In this document: positions 39,850 to 51,516 of the stretch, piece after piece
Position numbering within the stretch: the stretch's first letter is position 1
Layout of the letters: every line of letters begins with the position of its first letter
Assembly: GCF_016026235.1 (NCBI RefSeq)
Contig: NZ_CP065613.1
DNA: 64,000 nt
Direction: 5' to 3' (one strand)
Source: Escherichia coli
Lineage (GTDB): Bacteria; Pseudomonadota; Gammaproteobacteria; Enterobacterales; Enterobacteriaceae
Notes under the pieces: model-generated
Told to the model about the DNA's origin: nothing
What the model saw: only the letters and a program-made list of their open reading frames with translations
Databases searched by the model: none
Position numbers and translations under genes: made by a program

Positions 39850-42411
39850 ATGAGTGCAATAGAAAATTTCGACGCCCATACGCCCATGATGCAGCAGTAT
39901 CTCAAGCTGAAAGCCCAGCATCCCGAGATCCTGCTGTTTTACCGGATGGGTGATTTTTATGAACTGTTTTATGACGACGCAAAACGCGCGTCGCAACTGC
40001 TGGATATTTCACTGACCAAACGCGGTGCTTCGGCGGGAGAGCCGATCCCGATGGCGGGGATTCCCTACCATGCGGTGGAAAACTACCTCGCCAAACTGGT
40101 GAATCAGGGCGAGTCCGTTGCCATCTGCGAACAAATTGGCGATCCGGCGACCAGCAAAGGTCCGGTTGAGCGCAAAGTTGTGCGTATCGTTACGCCAGGC
40201 ACCATCAGCGATGAAGCCCTGTTGCAGGAGCGTCAGGACAACCTGCTGGCGGCTATCTGGCAGGACAGCAAAGGTTTCGGCTACGCGACGCTGGATATCA
40301 GTTCCGGTCGTTTTCGCCTGAGCGAACCGGCTGACCGGGAAACGATGGCGGCAGAACTGCAACGCACTAATCCTGCGGAACTGCTGTATGCAGAAGATTT
40401 TGCTGAAATGTCGTTAATTGAAGGCCGTCGCGGCCTGCGCCGTCGCCCGCTGTGGGAGTTTGAAATCGACACCGCGCGCCAGCAGTTGAATCTACAATTT
40501 GGCACTCGCGATCTGGTCGGTTTTGGCGTCGAGAACGCGCCGCGCGGACTTTGTGCTGCCGGTTGTCTGTTGCAGTATGCGAAAGATACCCAACGTACGA
40601 CTCTGCCGCATATTCGTTCCATCACCATGGAACGTGAGCAGGACAGCATCATTATGGATGCCGCGACGCGTCGTAATCTGGAAATCACCCAGAACCTGGC
40701 GGGTGGTGCGGAAAATACGCTGGCTTCTGTGCTCGACTGCACCGTCACGCCGATGGGCAGCCGTATGCTGAAACGCTGGCTGCATATGCCAGTGCGCGAT
40801 ACCCGCGTGTTGCTTGAGCGCCAGCAAACTATTGGCGCATTGCAGGATTTCACCGCCGGGCTACAGCCGGTACTGCGTCAGGTCGGCGACCTGGAACGTA
40901 TTCTGGCACGTCTGGCTTTACGAACTGCTCGCCCACGCGATCTGGCCCGTATGCGCCACGCTTTCCAGCAACTGCCGGAGCTGCGTGCGCAGTTAGAAAC
41001 TGTCGATAGTGCACCGGTACAGGCGCTACGTGAGAAGATGGGCGAGTTTGCCGAGCTGCGCGATCTGCTGGAGCGAGCAATCATCGACACACCGGCGGTG
41101 CTGGTACGCGACGGTGGTGTTATCGCATCGGGCTATAACGAAGAGCTGGATGAGTGGCGCGCGCTGGCTGACGGCGCGACCGATTATCTGGAGCGTCTGG
41201 AAGTCCGCGAGCGTGAACGTACCGGCCTGGACACGCTGAAAGTTGGCTTTAATGCGGTGCACGGCTACTACATTCAAATCAGCCGTGGGCAAAGCCATCT
41301 GGCACCCATCAACTACATGCGTCGCCAGACGCTGAAAAACGCCGAGCGCTACATCATTCCAGAGCTAAAAGAGTACGAAGATAAAGTTCTCACCTCAAAA
41401 GGCAAAGCACTGGCACTGGAAAAACAGCTTTATGAAGAGTTGTTCGACCTGCTGTTGCCGCATCTGGAAGCGTTGCAACAGAGCGCGAGCGCGCTGGCGG
41501 AACTCGACGTGCTGGTGAACCTGGCGGAACGGGCCTATACCCTGAACTACACCTGCCCGACCTTCATTGATAAACCGGGCATTCGCATTACCGAAGGTCG
41601 CCATCCGGTAGTTGAACAAGTACTGAATGAGCCATTTATCGCCAACCCGCTGAATCTGTCGCCGCAGCGCCGCATGTTGATCATCACCGGTCCGAACATG
41701 GGCGGTAAAAGTACCTATATGCGCCAGACCGCACTGATTGCGCTGATGGCCTACATCGGCAGCTATGTACCGGCACAAAAAGTCGAGATTGGACCTATCG
41801 ATCGCATCTTTACCCGCGTAGGCGCGGCAGATGACCTGGCGTCCGGGCGCTCAACCTTTATGGTGGAGATGACCGAAACCGCCAATATTTTACATAACGC
41901 CACCGAGTACAGTCTGGTATTGATGGATGAGATCGGGCGTGGAACGTCCACTTACGATGGTCTGTCGCTGGCGTGGGCGTGCGCAGAAAATCTGGCGAAT
42001 AAGATTAAGGCATTGACGCTGTTTGCTACCCACTATTTCGAGCTGACCCAGTTACCGGAAAAAATGGAAGGCGTCGCCAACGTGCATCTCGATGCGCTGG
42101 AGCACGGAGACACCATTGCCTTTATGCATAGCGTGCAGGATGGCGCGGCGAGCAAAAGCTACGGCCTGGCGGTTGCAGCTCTGGCAGGCGTGCCAAAAGA
42201 GGTGATTAAGCGCGCACGGCAAAAACTGCGTGAGCTGGAAAGCATTTCGCCGAACGCCGCCGCTACGCAAGTGGATGGTACGCAAATGTCTTTGCTGTCA
42301 GTACCGGAAGAAACCTCGCCAGCGGTCGAAGCTCTGGAAAACCTGGACCCGGATTCACTGACTCCGCGTCAGGCGCTGGAATGGATTTATCGCTTGAAGA
42401 GCCTGGTGTAA
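39850..42411 (+). CDS. mutS: DNA mismatch repair protein MutS (853 aa)
   Basis: Full-length ORF, Walker [10 protein letters not shown]. Confidence 0.98.
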   Translation: MSAIENFDAHTPMMQQYLKLKAQHPEILLFYRMGDFYELFYDDAKRASQLLDISLTKRGASAGEPIPMAGIPYHAVENYLAKLVNQGESVAICEQIGDPATSKGPVERKVVRIVTPGTISDEALLQERQDNLLAAIWQDSKGFGYATLDISSGRFRLSEPADRETMAAELQRTNPAELLYAEDFAEMSLIEGRRGLRRRPLWEFEIDTARQQLNLQFGTRDLVGFGVENAPRGLCAAGCLLQYAKDTQRTTLPHIRSITMEREQDSIIMDAATRRNLEITQNLAGGAENTLASVLDCTVTPMGSRMLKRWLHMPVRDTRVLLERQQTIGALQDFTAGLQPVLRQVGDLERILARLALRTARPRDLARMRHAFQQLPELRAQLETVDSAPVQALREKMGEFAELRDLLERAIIDTPAVLVRDGGVIASGYNEELDEWRALADGATDYLERLEVRERERTGLDTLKVGFNAVHGYYIQISRGQSHLAPINYMRRQTLKNAERYIIPELKEYEDKVLTSKGKALALEKQLYEELFDLLLPHLEALQQSASALAELDVLVNLAERAYTLNYTCPTFIDKPGIRITEGRHPVVEQVLNEPFIANPLNLSPQRRMLIITGPNMGGKSTYMRQTALIALMAYIGSYVPAQKVEIGPIDRIFTRVGAADDLASGRSTFMVEMTETANILHNATEYSLVLMDEIGRGTSTYDGLSLAWACAENLANKIKALTLFATHYFELTQLPEKMEGVANVHLDALEHGDTIAFMHSVQDGAASKSYGLAVAALAGVPKEVIKRARQKLRELESISPNAAATQVDGTQMSLLSVPEETSPAVEALENLDPDSLTPRQALEWIYRLKSLV

Positions 42412-42416
42412 TAACA

Positions 42417-42445
42417 ATTCCCGATAGTCTTTTGCTATCGGGAAT
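42417..42445 (+). terminator. Hairpin downstream of mutS (11-bp stem attcccgatag/ctatcgggaat)
   Basis: Perfect inverted repeat 6 nt after the mutS stop. Confidence 0.55.
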
Positions 42446-42516
42446 ATTAACGACAACTGACGAATAAAATAAAAACACCCTGTATAATAGGAAAGCTTAT
42501 TTTACAGGGTAAAACC

Positions 42517-43173
42517 ATGCCATCTACACGCTATCAAAAAATTAATGCCCATCACTATCGCCATATATGGGTCGTTGGTGATATTCATGGTGAATATCAA
42601 TTATTACAATCCCGCTTACATCAACTCTCTTTTTGCCCTGAAACCGACTTACTTATTTCTGTCGGCGATAATATTGATCGTGGGCCGGAGAGTCTTGACG
42701 TCCTGCGCCTGCTAAACCAGCCCTGGTTTATCTCCGTTAAAGGCAACCACGAAGCAATGGCGCTGGATGCGTTCGCGACCGGCGATGGCAATATGTGGCT
42801 TGCCAGCGGTGGTGACTGGTTTTTCGATTTAAATGATTCAGAGCAAAAAGAAGCTACAGATCTGTTGCTGAAATTCCATCACCTTCCACATATTATTGAA
42901 ATCACTAACGACAACATAAAATATGTCATCGCACATGCAGATTATCCGGGGAGTGAATATCTCTTTGGTAAAGGAATAGCGGAGATCGAATTACTCTGGC
43001 CTGTTGATCGTGTGCAGAAATCGCTTAATGGCGAGTTACAACAAATAAACGGCGCTGATTATTTTATATTTGGACATATGATGTTTGATAACATTCAGAC
43101 GTTCGCTAACCAGATTTATATTGATACCGGATCGCCGAACAGCAGGCGGCTGTCATTTTATAAAATAAAGTAG
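42517..43173 (+). CDS. pphB: Ser/Thr protein phosphatase 2, PPP family (218 aa)
   Basis: Metallophosphatase motifs GDIHG, GDNIDRG, GNHE. Confidence 0.93.
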   Translation: MPSTRYQKINAHHYRHIWVVGDIHGEYQLLQSRLHQLSFCPETDLLISVGDNIDRGPESLDVLRLLNQPWFISVKGNHEAMALDAFATGDGNMWLASGGDWFFDLNDSEQKEATDLLLKFHHLPHIIEITNDNIKYVIAHADYPGSEYLFGKGIAEIELLWPVDRVQKSLNGELQQINGADYFIFGHMMFDNIQTFANQIYIDTGSPNSRRLSFYKIK

Positions 43174-43174
43174 T

Positions 43175-43200
43175 CTCATGCTTCTTCTGTGAAGCATGAG
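43175..43200. terminator. Hairpin between convergent pphB and ygbI (10-bp stem ctcatgcttc/gaagcatgag)
   Basis: Perfect inverted repeat. Confidence 0.55.
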
Positions 43201-43223
43201 TAACCCGGTGTTATTGCAGGCCA

Positions 43224-43991
43224 TTATTCATTTTTCGCTACCAGCAAAGAGAGATCCTGCTTCGCCAGCGCGCGACTGGCACTCTCCGGCAAACCGTCGT
43301 CTGTAATAATCTGATCAAACTCGCTTAATGGTAACGCCAGCCATGTCGCCACCTGACCATATTTCGTCGCATCACAGACCAAAACTCGCTGGCGGCTGGC
43401 ACTGGCAATCGCCCGTTTCACCGTGACTTTATCTTCCGCTGGCGTAGAAATCCCCCGCAAACTCCATGACGATGCAGAAATAAAAGCCTGATCAATCATC
43501 AGGCTGCGCAGCATGGTCGCAGCGGCTTCCCCGACACAGGAACGGTTTTCCCGACACACTGCACCGCCAGTGTGAATAATTGTGCAATTACTGTTGTCGA
43601 GCAAGTAGTCCGCAATAACGAAATCGTTTGTGACCACAGTCAGTGACTCCATGTGAATCAGATGCTGTGCTATCGCTAACGTGGTCGTTCCCGCATCCAG
43701 ATAGATACAACTTCCCGGCTGAACAAGACTTGCCGCCAGCTTGCCAATAGCCGCTTTTTGCGTCATTGCCAGCGCAGTTTTTACCTGATGAGAAGGTTCA
43801 TGCGCCACGCGTCCCGGAGACTGGACGCCTCCGGATACCAGCACAACGGCTCCCTGCTGCTCCAGTTTTTGTAAATCCCGACGAATGGTCATATGTGACA
43901 CATTCATTCTGTCCGTTAGTTCAGCAATACTGACAATGCCTTTTTCAGCTACCATCTCAAGGATGATTTGGCGACGCTCTACGGGTATCAA
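43224..43991 (-). CDS. ygbI: DeoR-family transcriptional regulator (255 aa; TTG start after RBS AGGAAGGAG)
   Basis: DeoR HTH; the track ORF starts 10 codons upstream, inside the RBS. Confidence 0.85.
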   Translation of the reverse strand: MIPVERRQIILEMVAEKGIVSIAELTDRMNVSHMTIRRDLQKLEQQGAVVLVSGGVQSPGRVAHEPSHQVKTALAMTQKAAIGKLAASLVQPGSCIYLDAGTTTLAIAQHLIHMESLTVVTNDFVIADYLLDNSNCTIIHTGGAVCRENRSCVGEAAATMLRSLMIDQAFISASSWSLRGISTPAEDKVTVKRAIASASRQRVLVCDATKYGQVATWLALPLSEFDQIITDDGLPESASRALAKQDLSLLVAKNE

Positions 43992-44186
43992 CTTTTGCTC
44001 CTTCCTTTGTCCTGCTGACATTCTACGCTATTTGCCTGCGAAACGTGCGCGGCGCAACTAACGCTTAGTTCACATAAAATAACACACAATGTTAATTTTT
44101 GTGAATCAGCTCACCATATCGTTATCTTCCAGCGCTTATATTCACAATATCAAACAAAATATCACTTAAATTAACAAGGAGAGCAG

Positions 44187-45095
44187 ATGAAAACGGGATC
44201 TGAGTTTCATGTCGGTATCGTTGGCTTAGGGTCAATGGGAATGGGAGCAGCACTGTCATGTGTCCGCGCAGGTCTTTCTACCTGGGGCGCAGACCTGAAC
44301 AGCAATGCCTGCGCTACGTTGAAAGAGGCAGGTGCTTGCGGGGTTTCTGATAACGCCGCGACGTTTGCCGAAAAACTGGACGCTCTGCTGGTGCTGGTGG
44401 TCAATGCGGCCCAGGTTAAACAGGTGCTGTTTGGTGAAACAGGCGTTGCACAACATCTGAAACCCGGTACGGCAGTAATGGTTTCTTCCACTATCGCTAG
44501 TGCTGATGCGCAAGAAATTGCTACCGCTCTGGCTGGATTCGATCTGGAAATGCTGGATGCGCCAGTTTCTGGTGGTGCAGTAAAAGCCGCTAACGGTGAA
44601 ATGACTGTCATGGCCTCCGGTAGCGATATTGCCTTTGAACGACTGGCTCCCGTGCTGGAAGCCGTTGCCGGAAAAGTTTATCGCATAGGTGCAGAACCGG
44701 GACTAGGTTCGACCGTAAAAATTATTCACCAGTTGTTAGCGGGCGTACATATTGCTGCCGGAGCCGAAGCGATGGCACTTGCAGCCCGTGCGGGGATCCC
44801 GCTGGATGTGATGTATGAAGTCGTGACCAATGCCGCCGGAAATTCCTGGATGTTCGAAAACAGGATGCGTCATGTGGTGGATGGCGATTACACCCCGCAT
44901 TCAGCCGTCGATATTTTTGTTAAGGATCTTGGTCTGGTTGCCGATACAGCCAAAGCCCTGCACTTCCCGCTGCCATTGGCCTCAACAGCATTGAATATGT
45001 TCACCAGCGCCAGTAACGCGGGTTACGGGAAAGAAGACGATAGCGCAGTTATCAAGATTTTCTCTGGCATCACTCTACCGGGAGCGAAATCATGA
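44187..45095 (+). CDS. ygbJ: NAD-dependent 3-hydroxyacid (L-threonate) dehydrogenase, HIBADH family (302 aa)
   Basis: Rossmann motif GIVGLGSMGMG; also known as ltnD. Confidence 0.9.
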   Translation: MKTGSEFHVGIVGLGSMGMGAALSCVRAGLSTWGADLNSNACATLKEAGACGVSDNAATFAEKLDALLVLVVNAAQVKQVLFGETGVAQHLKPGTAVMVSSTIASADAQEIATALAGFDLEMLDAPVSGGAVKAANGEMTVMASGSDIAFERLAPVLEAVAGKVYRIGAEPGLGSTVKIIHQLLAGVHIAAGAEAMALAARAGIPLDVMYEVVTNAAGNSWMFENRMRHVVDGDYTPHSAVDIFVKDLGLVADTAKALHFPLPLASTALNMFTSASNAGYGKEDDSAVIKIFSGITLPGAKS

Positions 45096-46354
45096 TCAAG
45101 ATTGGCGTTATCGCCGATGATTTTACCGGCGCGACGGATATCGCCAGTTTTCTGGTGGAAAACGGTCTACCAACGGTACAAATTAACGGTGTTCCAACAG
45201 GTAAAATGCCGGAAGCAATCGACGCACTGGTGATCAGCCTGAAAACGCGTTCCTGTCCGGTGGTTGAAGCCACACAGCAATCGCTGGCGGCTCTGAGCTG
45301 GTTGCAACAGCAAGGTTGCAAACAGATCTATTTCAAATACTGCTCTACTTTCGACAGTACGGCTAAAGGTAATATCGGCCCGGTTACCGATGCATTAATG
45401 GATGCTCTCGACACGCCGTTTACGGTCTTCTCTCCGGCCCTGCCGGTCAACGGACGTACGGTTTATCAGGGGTATTTGTTCGTAATGAATCAACTGCTGG
45501 CCGAATCCGGGATGCGCCATCACCCGGTAAATCCCATGACCGACAGCTATCTTCCCCGTCTGGTTGAAGCGCAATCCACAGGGCGCTGCGGCGTCGTTTC
45601 GGCACATGTTTTCGAACAAGGTGTGGATGCCGTTCGTCAAGAGCTGGCTCGCTTACAGCAAGAGGGCTACCGCTACGCGGTGCTTGATTCGCTGACCGAA
45701 CACCATCTGGAAATTCAGGGAGAAGCCTTGCGCGATGCCCCACTGGTAACGGGCGGTTCTGGTCTGGCGATTGGCCTGGCCCGGCAGTGGGCGCAAGAAA
45801 ACGGTAACCAGGCTCGCAAAGCAGGGCATCCGCTCGCTGGGCGCGGCGTAGTGCTCTCCGGTTCATGCTCTCAAATGACCAACCGCCAGGTAGCACATTA
45901 CCGTCAAATTGCACCAGCCCGTGAAGTTGATGTGGCACGCTGCCTCTCAATTGAAACTCTGGCCGCTTATGCACACGAACTGGCAGAGTGGGTTCTGGGC
46001 CAGGAAAGTGTACTTGCTCCACTGGTTTTTGCCACCGCCAGCACTGACGCATTGGCAGCAATTCAACAGCAATACGGTGCACAAAAAGCCAGTCAGGCAG
46101 TAGAAACACTGTTTTCTCAACTAGCGGCGCGGTTAGCAGCGGAAGGCGTGACACGCTTTATTGTCGCAGGCGGTGAGACCTCCGGCGTAGTCACACAGAG
46201 CCTGGGAATAAAAGGGTTTCATATTGGCCCAACCATTTCCCCCGGCGTGCCGTGGGTAAACGCACTGGATAAGCCTGTCTCACTCGCCCTTAAATCTGGC
46301 AACTTCGGTGATGAAGCCTTTTTTTCACGAGCCCAAAGAGAGTTTTTATCATGA
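45092..46354 (+). CDS. ygbK: Four-carbon acid sugar (3-oxo-tetronate) kinase (420-aa ORF; true start may lie downstream)
   Basis: Operon position; also known as otnK. Confidence 0.85.
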   Translation: MIKIGVIADDFTGATDIASFLVENGLPTVQINGVPTGKMPEAIDALVISLKTRSCPVVEATQQSLAALSWLQQQGCKQIYFKYCSTFDSTAKGNIGPVTDALMDALDTPFTVFSPALPVNGRTVYQGYLFVMNQLLAESGMRHHPVNPMTDSYLPRLVEAQSTGRCGVVSAHVFEQGVDAVRQELARLQQEGYRYAVLDSLTEHHLEIQGEALRDAPLVTGGSGLAIGLARQWAQENGNQARKAGHPLAGRGVVLSGSCSQMTNRQVAHYRQIAPAREVDVARCLSIETLAAYAHELAEWVLGQESVLAPLVFATASTDALAAIQQQYGAQKASQAVETLFSQLAARLAAEGVTRFIVAGGETSGVVTQSLGIKGFHIGPTISPGVPWVNALDKPVSLALKSGNFGDEAFFSRAQREFLS

Positions 46355-46989
46355 GCGATTTCGCAAAAGTAGAGCAGTCTTTGCGAGAGGAGATGACGCG
46401 GATTGCCAGTTCATTCTTTCAGCGCGGCTATGCAACCGGTTCGGCTGGCAATCTGTCGCTGCTTTTACCTGACGGGAATTTACTGGCGACACCGACAGGT
46501 TCATGCCTGGGCAATCTCGATCCGCAGCGGCTTTCCAAAGTCGCCGCGGATGGCGAATGGTTAAGTGGTGACAAACCCTCGAAAGAGGTGCTCTTTCATC
46601 TGGCGCTGTATCGCAACAATCCGCGCTGTAAAGCGGTGGTGCATTTGCACAGCCCATGGTCGACGGCGCTTTCCTGCCTGCAAGGGCTGGACAGCAGCAA
46701 CGTTATTCGTCCGTTCACACCATACGTGGTGATGCGGATGGGAAATGTCCCGCTGGTGCTTTATTACCGACCGGGCGATAAACGCATCGCACAGGATCTG
46801 GCGGAACTGGCAGCAGACAATCAGGCTTTTTTACTGGCAAATCATGGCCCAGTGGTTTGCGGTGAAAGCCTGCAAGAAGCCGCCAACAATATGGAAGAGC
46901 TGGAGGAAACGGCAAAGCTGATTTTTATTCTCGGTGACCGCCCGATCCGTTATCTGACCGCAGATGAAATTGCGGAATTAAGGAGTTAA
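46351..46989 (+). CDS. ygbL: Class II aldolase/adducin-family 3-oxo-tetronate 4-phosphate decarboxylase (212 aa)
   Basis: Operon position; also known as otnC. Confidence 0.88.
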   Translation: MSDFAKVEQSLREEMTRIASSFFQRGYATGSAGNLSLLLPDGNLLATPTGSCLGNLDPQRLSKVAADGEWLSGDKPSKEVLFHLALYRNNPRCKAVVHLHSPWSTALSCLQGLDSSNVIRPFTPYVVMRMGNVPLVLYYRPGDKRIAQDLAELAADNQAFLLANHGPVVCGESLQEAANNMEELEETAKLIFILGDRPIRYLTADEIAELRS

Positions 46990-46993
46990 TGCA

Positions 46994-47770
46994 ATGCCTC
47001 GTTTTGCAGCTAATTTATCCATGATGTTCACCGAAGTGCCTTTTATTGAACGCTTCGCCGCAGCGCGAAAAGCCGGGTTCGATGCTGTGGAATTTCTGTT
47101 TCCCTATAACTACTCCACCCTGCAAATCCAAAAGCAACTGGAGCAAAACCATCTGACACTGGCGCTGTTCAATACCGCTCCCGGAGATATTAATGCGGGG
47201 GAATGGGGATTATCCGCCCTTCCCGGACGTGAGCACGAAGCACACGCAGACATCGACCTGGCACTGGAATATGCATTGGCGCTCAATTGTGAACAAGTCC
47301 ATGTGATGGCAGGCGTCGTGCCCGCTGGCGAAGATGCTGAACGGTACCGGGCAGTATTTATCGATAATCTCCGCTACGCTGTCGACCGCTTTGCGCCACA
47401 CGGCAAGCGAATATTAGTTGAAGCACTCAGCCCCGGCGTTAAGCCTCATTATCTCTTCTCCAGCCAGTATCAGGCACTGGCTATTGTTGAAGAAGTTGCG
47501 CGAGATAACGTGTTTATTCAACTAGATACTTTTCATGCGCAAAAAGTAGATGGCAACCTGACGCATTTAATCCGCGACTACGCCGGGAAATATGCGCACG
47601 TACAAATTGCCGGACTACCTGATCGACATGAACCGGACGATGGAGAAATCAACTATCCGTGGCTGTTCCGCCTGTTCGATGAGGTGGGATATCAGGGCTG
47701 GATCGGTTGTGAATATAAACCTCGTGGCCTCACCGAAGAAGGGCTTGGCTGGTTTGACGCCTGGCGCTAA
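46994..47770 (+). CDS. ygbM: Hydroxypyruvate-isomerase-like 2-oxo-tetronate isomerase (258 aa)
   Basis: Operon position; also known as otnI. Confidence 0.88.
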   Translation: MPRFAANLSMMFTEVPFIERFAAARKAGFDAVEFLFPYNYSTLQIQKQLEQNHLTLALFNTAPGDINAGEWGLSALPGREHEAHADIDLALEYALALNCEQVHVMAGVVPAGEDAERYRAVFIDNLRYAVDRFAPHGKRILVEALSPGVKPHYLFSSQYQALAIVEEVARDNVFIQLDTFHAQKVDGNLTHLIRDYAGKYAHVQIAGLPDRHEPDDGEINYPWLFRLFDEVGYQGWIGCEYKPRGLTEEGLGWFDAWR

Positions 47771-47858
47771 TTCGTTAAATCCCTAATTACAACGTACCCA
47801 TACATCCCCCCATCTACGGATGGGGTAGGTTAACTATAACTTTCAGACAGGGTTTCCC

Positions 47859-49223
47859 ATGTCCACAATTACATTGTTATGCATTGCGTTAACTGGCGTA
47901 ATCATGCTGTTGCTGCTGGTCATCAAGGCAAAGGTACAACCATTCGTTGCTCTGCTCCTCGTCAGCCTGTTAGTCGCACTTGCGGCGGGTATACCGGCGG
48001 GCGAAGTGGGTAAAGTGATGATCGCCGGGATGGGCGGTGTGCTTGGTTCCGTCACTATTATTATTGGTCTGGGCGCTATGCTGGGGCGTATGATCGAACA
48101 CTCTGGTGGTGCAGAGTCACTGGCTAATTATTTCAGTCGCAAGTTAGGTGACAAACGAACTATCGCTGCGCTGACTCTGGCAGCGTTCTTCCTCGGTATT
48201 CCCGTCTTCTTTGATGTCGGCTTTATTATTCTTGCGCCAATCATTTACGGTTTTGCCAAGGTTGCCAAAATATCGCCACTCAAATTTGGCCTGCCTGTCG
48301 CTGGGATCATGCTAACTGTACATGTGGCGGTACCGCCGCATCCAGGCCCTGTCGCCGCAGCGGGGTTACTCCACGCAGACATCGGCTGGCTAACCATCAT
48401 CGGTATTGCGATTTCTATTCCCGTAGGGATTGTTGGCTACTTTGCAGCGAAAATAATCAATAAGCGCCAATATGCGATGTCGGTGGAAGTACTGGAACAG
48501 ATGCAACTGGCTCCGGCCAGTGAGGAAGGCGCGACAAAATTAAGCGATAAAATAAATCCACCGGGCGTCGCGCTGGTCACCTCGCTAATTGTTATTCCTA
48601 TCGCGATTATCATGGCGGGTACGGTTTCCGCAACACTGATGCCGCCTTCGCATCCCCTGCTTGGTACGCTACAGCTGATCGGCTCACCAATGGTAGCTCT
48701 AATGATTGCGCTGGTGCTGGCATTCTGGTTATTGGCTTTACGTCGCGGCTGGAGCTTACAACACACCAGCGACATTATGGGCTCAGCGCTTCCTACTGCG
48801 GCGGTAGTGATTTTGGTTACTGGTGCTGGAGGGGTATTTGGCAAAGTGCTGGTGGAATCGGGCGTCGGCAAAGCCCTTGCCAACATGTTACAAATGATTG
48901 ACCTGCCTCTGTTACCAGCCGCATTTATTATTTCACTGGCGCTGCGTGCATCGCAGGGGTCAGCAACCGTAGCAATACTGACAACCGGCGGGTTACTCTC
49001 AGAAGCGGTGATGGGATTGAATCCGATTCAGTGCGTATTGGTGACGCTGGCAGCCTGCTTTGGTGGGCTTGGTGCGTCACATATTAATGACTCAGGGTTC
49101 TGGATTGTGACCAAATATCTGGGATTGTCGGTAGCAGACGGTCTGAAAACCTGGACAGTGTTAACGACCATTCTCGGTTTTACCGGATTCTTAATTACCT
49201 GGTGCGTATGGGCGGTAATTTGA
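47859..49223 (+). CDS. ygbN: GntP-family permease (454 aa)
   Basis: Polytopic membrane protein. Confidence 0.9.
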   Translation: MSTITLLCIALTGVIMLLLLVIKAKVQPFVALLLVSLLVALAAGIPAGEVGKVMIAGMGGVLGSVTIIIGLGAMLGRMIEHSGGAESLANYFSRKLGDKRTIAALTLAAFFLGIPVFFDVGFIILAPIIYGFAKVAKISPLKFGLPVAGIMLTVHVAVPPHPGPVAAAGLLHADIGWLTIIGIAISIPVGIVGYFAAKIINKRQYAMSVEVLEQMQLAPASEEGATKLSDKINPPGVALVTSLIVIPIAIIMAGTVSATLMPPSHPLLGTLQLIGSPMVALMIALVLAFWLLALRRGWSLQHTSDIMGSALPTAAVVILVTGAGGVFGKVLVESGVGKALANMLQMIDLPLLPAAFIISLALRASQGSATVAILTTGGLLSEAVMGLNPIQCVLVTLAACFGGLGASHINDSGFWIVTKYLGLSVADGLKTWTVLTTILGFTGFLITWCVWAVI

Positions 49224-49231
49224 CCTTTTAT

Positions 49232-49468
49232 TTAGCGCTTACCTTCCGCCAGCAGCGGCGGAATGCTCGGCACCATTGGCGCGTCATCAATATCTTTCTG
49301 CGTCATGCGGAACGCTTCGGGATAATGTTCGCGGCTGGTGCGGCGTAGCGGTTCGGTATCGCGCCAGGTATAAAGGCAATGCTGGCACTGATATACCGTC
49401 CAGACATCTTTCACCGGCGATTTCGCCATCACTTCAATCTGTTCATCGGCACAACGTGGACAAATCAT
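49232..49468 (-). CDS. ecdD: Small subunit of UbiD/UbiX-type aromatic acid decarboxylase (78 aa, Cys-rich)
   Basis: MICPRCADEQIE...CQHC; last gene of the three-gene operon; symbol by analogy with O157 annotation. Confidence 0.7.
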   Translation of the reverse strand: MICPRCADEQIEVMAKSPVKDVWTVYQCQHCLYTWRDTEPLRRTSREHYPEAFRMTQKDIDDAPMVPSIPPLLAEGKR

Positions 49469-49478
49469 CTTGTTCTCC

Positions 49479-50906
49479 TTATTTACGTGCAGCCAGCATA
49501 GCGGTCAGTTTTTCAGCCCAGGCTTTGGTTTCCGGCAAATCCACCACCGGCTGGCTGTAGTGACCACGGTTGTCCGGGGCGACAGGCGTGGTGGCGTCGA
49601 TAATCAGCTTGTCGGTGATCCCCGCCGGGCTTGAGCCAGGGTCGAGTTCCAGCACGGACATATTCGGCAACTGCACCAAATCCCCTGCCGGATTTACTTT
49701 CGAGGAGAGCGCCCACATCACCTGCGGCAGGTTGAACGGGTCAACGTCTTCATCGACCATAATCACCATCTTTACGTAGCCCAGACCGTGCGGCGTGGTC
49801 ATCGCACGCAGGCCCACCGCGCGGGCAAAGCCGCCGTAGCGTTTTTTGGTGGAGATAATCGCCAGCAGGCCGTGGGTGTACATGGCGTTTACCGCCTGCA
49901 CTTCCGGGAACTCGGCTTTCAGTTGTTGATACAGCGGTACGCAGGTGGCTGGCCCCATCAGGTAGTCGATTTCGGTCCACGGCATGCCGAGGTACAGCGA
50001 TTCGAAAATCGGCCTGGTGCGGTAAGAGACTTTATCGATGCGCACCACGGTCATGTTGCGCCCACCGGAGTAGTGCCCGGTAAACTCACCGAACGGCCCT
50101 TCGATTTCGCGTTTACGGCTTTCGATAACCCCTTCGAGGATCACTTCTGAACCCCACGGCACATCAAAACCGGTCAGCGGGGCGGTGGCGATCGGGTACG
50201 GGCTTTCACGCAGCGCGCCTGCCATTTCATACTCAGACTGATCGTATTTCAGCGGCGTGGCCCCCATCAGCGTGATGATCGGATCGTTACCGAGCGTGAT
50301 CGCAATCGGCAGATCTTCACCGCGCTCTTCTGCTTTATGCAGATGCAGGGCGATATCGTGCATCGGCACCGGTTGCAGGCCGAGCTTACGCTTGCCCTTC
50401 ACTTCCATGCGGTAGATGCCGACGTTCTGCTTGCCGAAGTTATCTGGGTCGAGCGGATCGCGGGAAACCACGCAGGCTTTGTCGAGATAGAAACCGCCAT
50501 CGCCATCGTTTAAACGAAACAGCGGCAGGATATCGAACAGGTTAATCTCTTCGCCATCGACGGTGTTCTGCGCCCAGGCTGGATTGGCGCGGCGCTCCGG
50601 GGCAATCGGGAAGTTATCCCAGCGGCGGATAAACTCATCAATCTGTTTTTTAACCGGGGTGTTTGGCGGCAGGCCCAAGGAAATCGCGTGGTTCTGCCAG
50701 GAACCGATGGTATTCATCGCCACGCGGGCATCGGTAAAACCGCGAATATTATCAAACCACAGCGCCGGTGCACCATCGCCGATACGCCCGGTGGCGTTGG
50801 CAGCGGCAGCCAGATCCGGTTCCGCGTTCACCTCTTCGCTGATTTTCAGTAACTGGCCGTGGTCATCAAGCGCCTGTAAAAAGCTGCGTAAATCATCAAA
50901 TGCCAT
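49479..50906 (-). CDS. ecdC: UbiD-family (prFMN-dependent) aromatic acid decarboxylase (475 aa)
   Basis: UbiD-like N-terminus MAFDDLRSFLQALDDHGQLLKI; absent from K-12 at this locus. Confidence 0.85.
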   Translation of the reverse strand: MAFDDLRSFLQALDDHGQLLKISEEVNAEPDLAAAANATGRIGDGAPALWFDNIRGFTDARVAMNTIGSWQNHAISLGLPPNTPVKKQIDEFIRRWDNFPIAPERRANPAWAQNTVDGEEINLFDILPLFRLNDGDGGFYLDKACVVSRDPLDPDNFGKQNVGIYRMEVKGKRKLGLQPVPMHDIALHLHKAEERGEDLPIAITLGNDPIITLMGATPLKYDQSEYEMAGALRESPYPIATAPLTGFDVPWGSEVILEGVIESRKREIEGPFGEFTGHYSGGRNMTVVRIDKVSYRTRPIFESLYLGMPWTEIDYLMGPATCVPLYQQLKAEFPEVQAVNAMYTHGLLAIISTKKRYGGFARAVGLRAMTTPHGLGYVKMVIMVDEDVDPFNLPQVMWALSSKVNPAGDLVQLPNMSVLELDPGSSPAGITDKLIIDATTPVAPDNRGHYSQPVVDLPETKAWAEKLTAMLAARK

Positions 50907-51499
50907 TATTCATTCTCCTGAGAAAAATTCCGGGCCTGCGGCAATCCTTGCCAGCGCCTGGCGTGGGGATGTTCGAGGCCAAATTGATCCAGCACGCGGG
51001 CTACCACATGGTGGACAATGTCATCTACCGTTTCGGGATGGTTATAAAAGGCAGGCATCGGCGGCACCATCGCCACGCCCATGCGTGAAAGTGCGAGCAT
51101 ATTTTCGAGATGGATGGTGCTAAGCGGCATTTCACGCGGTACCAGCACCAGTTTGCGGCCTTCTTTGAGCACGACGTCCGCCGCGCGCCCTACCAGGCCA
51201 TCGGCGTAACCGGCACGGATACCGGCGAGCGTTTTCATACTGCACGGAATAACGATCATGCCGTCGGTACGAAAGGAACCTGAGGAGATGGTCGCCGCCT
51301 GATCCGCCGGGTTATGGCTGAAGTCTGCGAGGGCAGCAACATCGCGGGCGCTGTAAGGCGTTTCCAGTTCAATGGTGGTTTTCGCCCACTTCGACATCAC
51401 CAGATGAGTCTCGACATTCGGCATCTCCCGCAGCGCTTGCAGTAATGCCACACCAAGAGGCGCACCGGTAGCCCCTGTCATCCCGACGATCAGTTTCAT
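50906..51499 (-). CDS. ecdB: UbiX-like flavin prenyltransferase, Pad1-type (197 aa)
   Basis: MKLIVGMTGATGAPLGVALLQAL UbiX signature; 1-nt overlap with the UbiD gene. Confidence 0.85.
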   Translation of the reverse strand: MKLIVGMTGATGAPLGVALLQALREMPNVETHLVMSKWAKTTIELETPYSARDVAALADFSHNPADQAATISSGSFRTDGMIVIPCSMKTLAGIRAGYADGLVGRAADVVLKEGRKLVLVPREMPLSTIHLENMLALSRMGVAMVPPMPAFYNHPETVDDIVHHVVARVLDQFGLEHPHARRWQGLPQARNFSQENE

Positions 51500-51516
51500 T
51501 GCTTATCCTCTTAATT

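Noticed and set aside
39620-39853. 77-aa plus-strand ORF in the ygbA-mutS intergenic region
   Set aside because: AT-rich, low-complexity, overlaps the expected mutS promoter and 5' UTR; no support for a real coding gene.
45447-46154. 235-aa ORF on the minus strand
   Set aside because: Antisense to ygbK; Pro/Arg-rich translation typical of a spurious frame.
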